From a virus (taxonomy: Duplodnaviria > Heunggongvirae > Uroviricota > Caudoviricetes): a stretch of 10,252 nucleotides of DNA. The stretch is taken from IMG/VR virus record IMGVR_UViG_2690316285_000005; one strand, written 5' to 3'. Numbering within the stretch: position 1 is the first letter of the stretch; each line of letters opens with the position of its first letter. Of this stretch, positions 6,195-10,252 are shown in pieces. The notes under the pieces were generated by a model that had not been told where the DNA came from, searched no databases, and saw nothing but the letters and a program-made list of their open reading frames with translations. A program made the translations under genes and the position numbers.

Positions 6195-6752
6195 ATGGCA
6201 TCCTTTTCAAATCAAATAAAAGTAACGAACTTTCAAATTAAAAGTACTGAACCGATCTATTCTAATCAAACATGGACAGGTCAACGTATCATGAGAAGTA
6301 CTGGAATTCAATACTATCAAATTCAGTTCACCCTTAATTTTAATCCTGCATCACTAAATGAAGTGAATAGCTTTTTAGCTCAATATGCACAGGGCAAACC
6401 TTTCACTATGTCATTGGGGCTTGCAGGTACATATTACGGTAAACAGACTGGTGCAGTAACCGCTACTGCTCTCACTAAACCGGGTAATATGGTTGTACCT
6501 ATCAGTACTAACACATTAGCTGTGGGTGAGTGGGTACAGTTTTCCAATCACAATAAGCTATATCGAATCGTAGAACGTACCAGTACTTCAATTACTATTT
6601 TCCCTGCTCTACAAAATACAGTACAGGCAAGTGAAGCACTCAAATATAACAATCTCATGATCGAGGCTGTATTAGATCCAGACAATGATTATTCATTGCC
6701 TATTGGGAACATCATGAATATTACATTGAAAGCAACGGAGAATATCATCTAA
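6195..6752 (+). CDS. Minor tail protein, distal tail (lambda gpM-like) candidate
   Basis: 185-aa ORF, first gene after the tape measure gene in the + direction, with a GAGGT RBS 6 nt upstream of the ATG. The segment YYQIQFTLNFNPASLNEVNSFLAQYAQGKPF resembles the lambda gpM family pattern (..YSVTLS...LESFLEEHGG.KSF..) as I recall it. The stop overlaps the next start (TAATG). Confidence 0.5.
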   Translation: MASFSNQIKVTNFQIKSTEPIYSNQTWTGQRIMRSTGIQYYQIQFTLNFNPASLNEVNSFLAQYAQGKPFTMSLGLAGTYYGKQTGAVTATALTKPGNMVVPISTNTLAVGEWVQFSNHNKLYRIVERTSTSITIFPALQNTVQASEALKYNNLMIEAVLDPDNDYSLPIGNIMNITLKATENII

Positions 6753-7375
6753 TGGACTCAGGTATATATACTAATGCTAATCTTCTTAAGTACTGGAAGT
6801 TAGTCAGAGGTACAACCAAGACAAGATTAACACTAATGGAAATTATGAGCTTAGGCGTTAATGTTACTTGTTTTGATGTACTACCAAAAGGTACTAATGG
6901 TTTTCACTGGACGGATTCACTAATTGATATAGATCTGGATGGTTATAAGTACATAAGTTTCCCCGACATTATCAGTGGTTCATTACCTTCATATTCTGAA
7001 CAAAAGGGCATGTCTAATGATGCTATCAATTTTAAAATTAGCAATGTAAACGCCTCGGTTCGTGCTCTTGCCCTTGGTGGTTTCTTGAAAGATGCACAGA
7101 TGAATATCAAGTTAGTAATTCTCAATCCATATGATAGTACTGTAATTGATTCAATGCTCATGTTTACGGGGTTTATTGACTATGTACAGGCAGTAACTGA
7201 TCCAAATCAGAAGCAAAACGAAATGACTATATATGTGAATTCTGTCTATAAGAAATTAGACAGACAACCTGCATTAATTGCCGCCAACTCAGTATATCAA
7301 TCTTACTATAGAAATGATGAGTACTTTAGTCTGTTAGGTCAAGTTAATCAAAATCAGAACTGGAAATACAAGTAA
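6752..7375 (+). CDS. Minor tail protein (lambda gpL-like) candidate
   Basis: 207-aa ORF, translationally coupled on both sides through overlapping TAATG stop/start sequences at 6750-6754 and 7373-7377. The position matches lambda L. There is a loose resemblance to gpL in the region GYKYISFPDIISGSLPSYSEQKGMSNDAINFKISNVN. It lacks a Cys cluster. Confidence 0.5.
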   Translation: MDSGIYTNANLLKYWKLVRGTTKTRLTLMEIMSLGVNVTCFDVLPKGTNGFHWTDSLIDIDLDGYKYISFPDIISGSLPSYSEQKGMSNDAINFKISNVNASVRALALGGFLKDAQMNIKLVILNPYDSTVIDSMLMFTGFIDYVQAVTDPNQKQNEMTIYVNSVYKKLDRQPALIAANSVYQSYYRNDEYFSLLGQVNQNQNWKYK

Positions 7376-7779
7376 TGAAAAATCTACATAATGAAGTAAT
7401 GAGTATTATTCAGTACTCAATTGATAACCCATATAAGTATGGTGATAACGATTGCAACATTATAGTACTACGCCTTATTGATTTAATTAATGGTACTACA
7501 CAGTTAACTAATCGCCAGTATTCGAGCATTAAAGAAGGTATAGCAGGTTTAAACAAGGAAGGATGGAACCATACAGGGGAAATTGTTGAAGCGTACTGTA
7601 AGCCAGTACAAGCCACTATAGACGGTGATATCTGGTTAGATCCTGACAACCCATTAATTATGGCAGTAGTGGCATCTGGTCGGGTACTTGGAGTAAATGC
7701 TGATCATGATGGTTTCGAACTTCAACCAAAACCAACAGAGGGAACATATTACAGAGTAAGGAAACAGAGAGATGGGTAA
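7375..7779 (+). CDS. Tail protein with a putative NlpC/P60 (C40 peptidase) fold, resembling the C-terminal half of lambda gpK
   Basis: 134-aa ORF with the motif YKYGDNDCNIIVLRL (candidate catalytic Cys) and downstream GDIWL...VVASGRVLGVNADHDG (candidate His), resembling the gpK NlpC/P60 half (G.TDC...GDVLL...H). No JAMM/MPN motif was found. It overlaps the next gene by 8 nt. Confidence 0.5.
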   Translation: MKNLHNEVMSIIQYSIDNPYKYGDNDCNIIVLRLIDLINGTTQLTNRQYSSIKEGIAGLNKEGWNHTGEIVEAYCKPVQATIDGDIWLDPDNPLIMAVVASGRVLGVNADHDGFELQPKPTEGTYYRVRKQRDG

Positions 7780-10228
7780 GAGTTTAGGGGGCTTTTTTGG
7801 AGCCATAATTACGGCAGTTGTCGTCGCGGCTGCTGTGTACTTTTCAGGAGGTACAGCATTAGCAGCAATAGGTTGGGGTGCAGCAGCCGGATCTTTGTCA
7901 TTAGTTGCAAGTTCTATGTTAGGTCAAATCGGGGTTTCTGGATACGGTGATGTAGCAGACTCACTAAGTAGAAGTACTTCACCAACTACTGGATTACCCG
8001 TTATATACGGTGGAGAACTACCACATAAAAATGGTGTATCAGGCGGTTCCTTCATCCTAACCGGAAGCATAGTAGCCTGGTACAACGTACCAAATTCTGA
8101 TTCTCAGTACTTATTCTCAGAACAGGCTGTAGCATATGCTGGTGTAGAAAAGCATATCGAGCAAATCTATATTGATAATGAGCCAGTACTTGCAGTACCG
8201 ATTACAGCAGAGGGTGTAGTACCTAAAGAAAGTATTGCAGCGAAGTACCAGAACTATTTGCAATTAGAAGTACGATTTGGTGGTGACTATACGAGTACTA
8301 AAACTCTTGCTGCAAAATATGCTGGTTCGAAATGGACAAATAAATTTCTTGGTAAGGGTATTGTTAGTATCAGTACCGTTATCTTAAAAACTCAAGATTC
8401 ATTAGAAAATAATATTCTTGTTAATGATCAATTCGCTTTAACTGTAGAAATGAAAGGGCAGGTGATTTATGATTTTGTTGATGGTACTTATAAAGCAAGT
8501 AGTAACCCTCCTTCAATTATCTATGATTACTTAACAAATTCAATCTATGGTATGGGTATTGATCCATCATTGATTAATACCGATACGTTTGCAGAAACCG
8601 CAGCATATTGTGATGCTTTTGAATATTATGCTAATGGTGCTATCAGTTATCAAAAAACCTATAAAGATAATATTGAAAATATCTGTCAGTCATTTGGCGG
8701 CATCATGTATGTACATGCCGGACAAATCTGTATTACCACAGACCGCAAATCGGTATCCGTAGCCTCATTTGATGAGCGTAACATGGTAGGGGCGGTACAG
8801 GTTTCTACTTCTGGCGGTACTGACTACTTCAACGTAGTCGATTGCAAGTTTACTAACCCTGAATCGATGTACACCACTGACGTAGTACGTATCCCTTCCG
8901 ATATCACTACGGATGAAGCAGTACAGCATGATGGACAGGTCATAGCATTATCACGCGATTACTCATGGTCATATGATCAAGAGGTGATTGCAAAAATGGC
9001 TAACGTTGATGTACTCAAGGCTAAGTATGCCCTGCGTACTATCAGCTTCACCACAAGTGAAGGTTGGGATCTCGAAGTATGGGATGCGATCAATGTCAGC
9101 AATGAAGAACTCGCTATCTCAGGCAAATTTAAAGTACTCAATAAAGATATCAGCACCGATCAAGAGAACGTTGGCTATGTAACCATCACGGCAGTAGAAG
9201 CACCTGATGCAATGTATGATGGTATTGATCCGGGTATCTGGTCGCCTGGTGGGGTAATTAACTTCCCTGAACTACAGGTACTACCGCCAACGAACCTACA
9301 GGCAGTACGTAAGGGGAATACTACTTCTGGTTCAATCGTGGATCTTACCTGGGATGCTTCACCAGATCCGTATCTGCGTGGGTACTATGTTTACTACCGT
9401 CTTAACGGTTCCAGTACCTGGACGTATGCGGGGCAGACTGGCGTACAGAAGCTTGATTATGAATTATTTGGATTGTCTGATACTGCAAGCTACGACTTTT
9501 CGGTAGAGGCTTACAACAACTTAGGGCTGGTATCCAAGAAGCTTTCCCTAACTGGCATTGTTCCAACATTCAACTTTGCACTACCTGCGGTAACGCGTGT
9601 AGTACTGACAAATAAAACAGAATCAGCGTATGTAACTGACTCACCAGATTTCAATATTGCCTGGGATTCACAAAAAGATATCAGAGTGAATAACCGATCA
9701 TTTAGTGAGTACTTCAAGTATTACGTTATTAAAATCTATGACGGTACTAAATTAGTAGATACATTCTATACGCAAAGTAATGCCTTTAATTTCACTCTTG
9801 AAATGAACCGTCTGAAAGTACGTAAGCCTACCATTGGTATTATCGCACAGGGATTTAATGATGGTACATATTCAGAGGAAGTGAAAATAACCGTAGAGAA
9901 TAAACAGTGTGGTTTAGTAGAGGATGTTAGCTTTACGGGTGGTTTTGGTAATTTGTTTGCTTCATGGACTAAATCTACTGAACGTGATTATGCAGGTGCG
10001 ATTATCAGTATTGTTAATGGTACTAATACACGTATATTCACCAGTTATGCACCTGAATTTGATTCAATACCAAACATCACTGATGGTGAGTATAAGGTTA
10101 AGATGGGATTCTTTGATGTGTTTGGTACTGATGATATTCAATATTGTCCAGAACAAACAATCAGTATCAACTCCAAGTACCAGTTTACCGAAGATGATGC
10201 AGAGGCAATTAACGGGATTCTGAGGTAG
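7772..10228 (+). CDS. Central tail fiber / host specificity protein (lambda gpJ-like) with an N-terminal domain resembling the C-terminal part of lambda gpI
   Basis: 818-aa ORF. N-terminus GGFFGAIITAVVVAAAVYFSGGTALAAIGWGAAAG...LPVIYGGE resembles the Gly/Ala-rich hydrophobic C-terminal region of lambda tail assembly protein I. Segment SNPPSIIYDYLTNSIYGMGID...AAYCD (about 8500-8640) matches the conserved gpJ-family motif (NNMAWCLWDMLTHPRYGMG...QYCD). A fibronectin type III-like module (LTWDASPDPYLRGYYVYYRLNGSSTWTYAG...YDFSVEAYNNLGL) lies at about 9296-9550. Confidence 0.8.
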   Translation: MGKSLGGFFGAIITAVVVAAAVYFSGGTALAAIGWGAAAGSLSLVASSMLGQIGVSGYGDVADSLSRSTSPTTGLPVIYGGELPHKNGVSGGSFILTGSIVAWYNVPNSDSQYLFSEQAVAYAGVEKHIEQIYIDNEPVLAVPITAEGVVPKESIAAKYQNYLQLEVRFGGDYTSTKTLAAKYAGSKWTNKFLGKGIVSISTVILKTQDSLENNILVNDQFALTVEMKGQVIYDFVDGTYKASSNPPSIIYDYLTNSIYGMGIDPSLINTDTFAETAAYCDAFEYYANGAISYQKTYKDNIENICQSFGGIMYVHAGQICITTDRKSVSVASFDERNMVGAVQVSTSGGTDYFNVVDCKFTNPESMYTTDVVRIPSDITTDEAVQHDGQVIALSRDYSWSYDQEVIAKMANVDVLKAKYALRTISFTTSEGWDLEVWDAINVSNEELAISGKFKVLNKDISTDQENVGYVTITAVEAPDAMYDGIDPGIWSPGGVINFPELQVLPPTNLQAVRKGNTTSGSIVDLTWDASPDPYLRGYYVYYRLNGSSTWTYAGQTGVQKLDYELFGLSDTASYDFSVEAYNNLGLVSKKLSLTGIVPTFNFALPAVTRVVLTNKTESAYVTDSPDFNIAWDSQKDIRVNNRSFSEYFKYYVIKIYDGTKLVDTFYTQSNAFNFTLEMNRLKVRKPTIGIIAQGFNDGTYSEEVKITVENKQCGLVEDVSFTGGFGNLFASWTKSTERDYAGAIISIVNGTNTRIFTSYAPEFDSIPNITDGEYKVKMGFFDVFGTDDIQYCPEQTISINSKYQFTEDDAEAINGILR

Positions 10229-10252
10229 CCTGAGTTTAACGGACACTCCTTC

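Noticed and set aside
6943-7649. Minus-strand ORFs 6943-7161 and 7410-7649
   Set aside because: Antisense to the tightly coupled L-like and K-like genes, short and without start context. Likely spurious.
8988-10246. Short ORFs 8988-9182 (+), 9511-9717 (-), 9924-10223 (+) and 10064-10246 (-)
   Set aside because: All lie inside the J-like gene in alternative frames or antisense, with Leu/Cys/Met-rich low-complexity translations. Likely spurious.
1-10252. Integrase, attachment site, tRNA, transposase or diversity-generating retroelement
   Set aside because: No reverse transcriptase-like or recombinase-like ORF, no tRNA-like structure and no template/variable repeat pair were seen. The window appears to lie wholly inside the structural module.

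Overview
This window reads as a contiguous siphovirus-type (lambda-like) tail morphogenesis module, phage or prophage, almost entirely on the + strand. In order: a fiber protein with tandem 25-aa repeats and a C-terminal intramolecular-chaperone domain (150-2129); a probable major tail tube protein followed by an intrinsic terminator; a tail assembly chaperone pair joined by a -1 programmed frameshift at an A_AAA_AAG heptamer (3003-3009); a tape measure protein (3397-5610); and a translationally coupled block of distal tail genes (M-like, L-like, K-like NlpC/P60, and a J-like central fiber protein that carries an I-like N-terminus). The one clear break in this architecture is a ~580-bp AT-rich insertion between the tape measure gene and the distal tail genes, filled by a single minus-strand ORF (5621-6193) for a ~190-aa protein with a predicted N-terminal membrane anchor and no motif I recognise. 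I consider this moron-like gene the best candidate for an undescribed accessory function such as superinfection exclusion, defence or lysogenic conversion. All homology statements are pattern recognition from memory of lambda-family proteins; no database search was run. No rRNA, tRNA, CRISPR array, integrase or transposase was seen.
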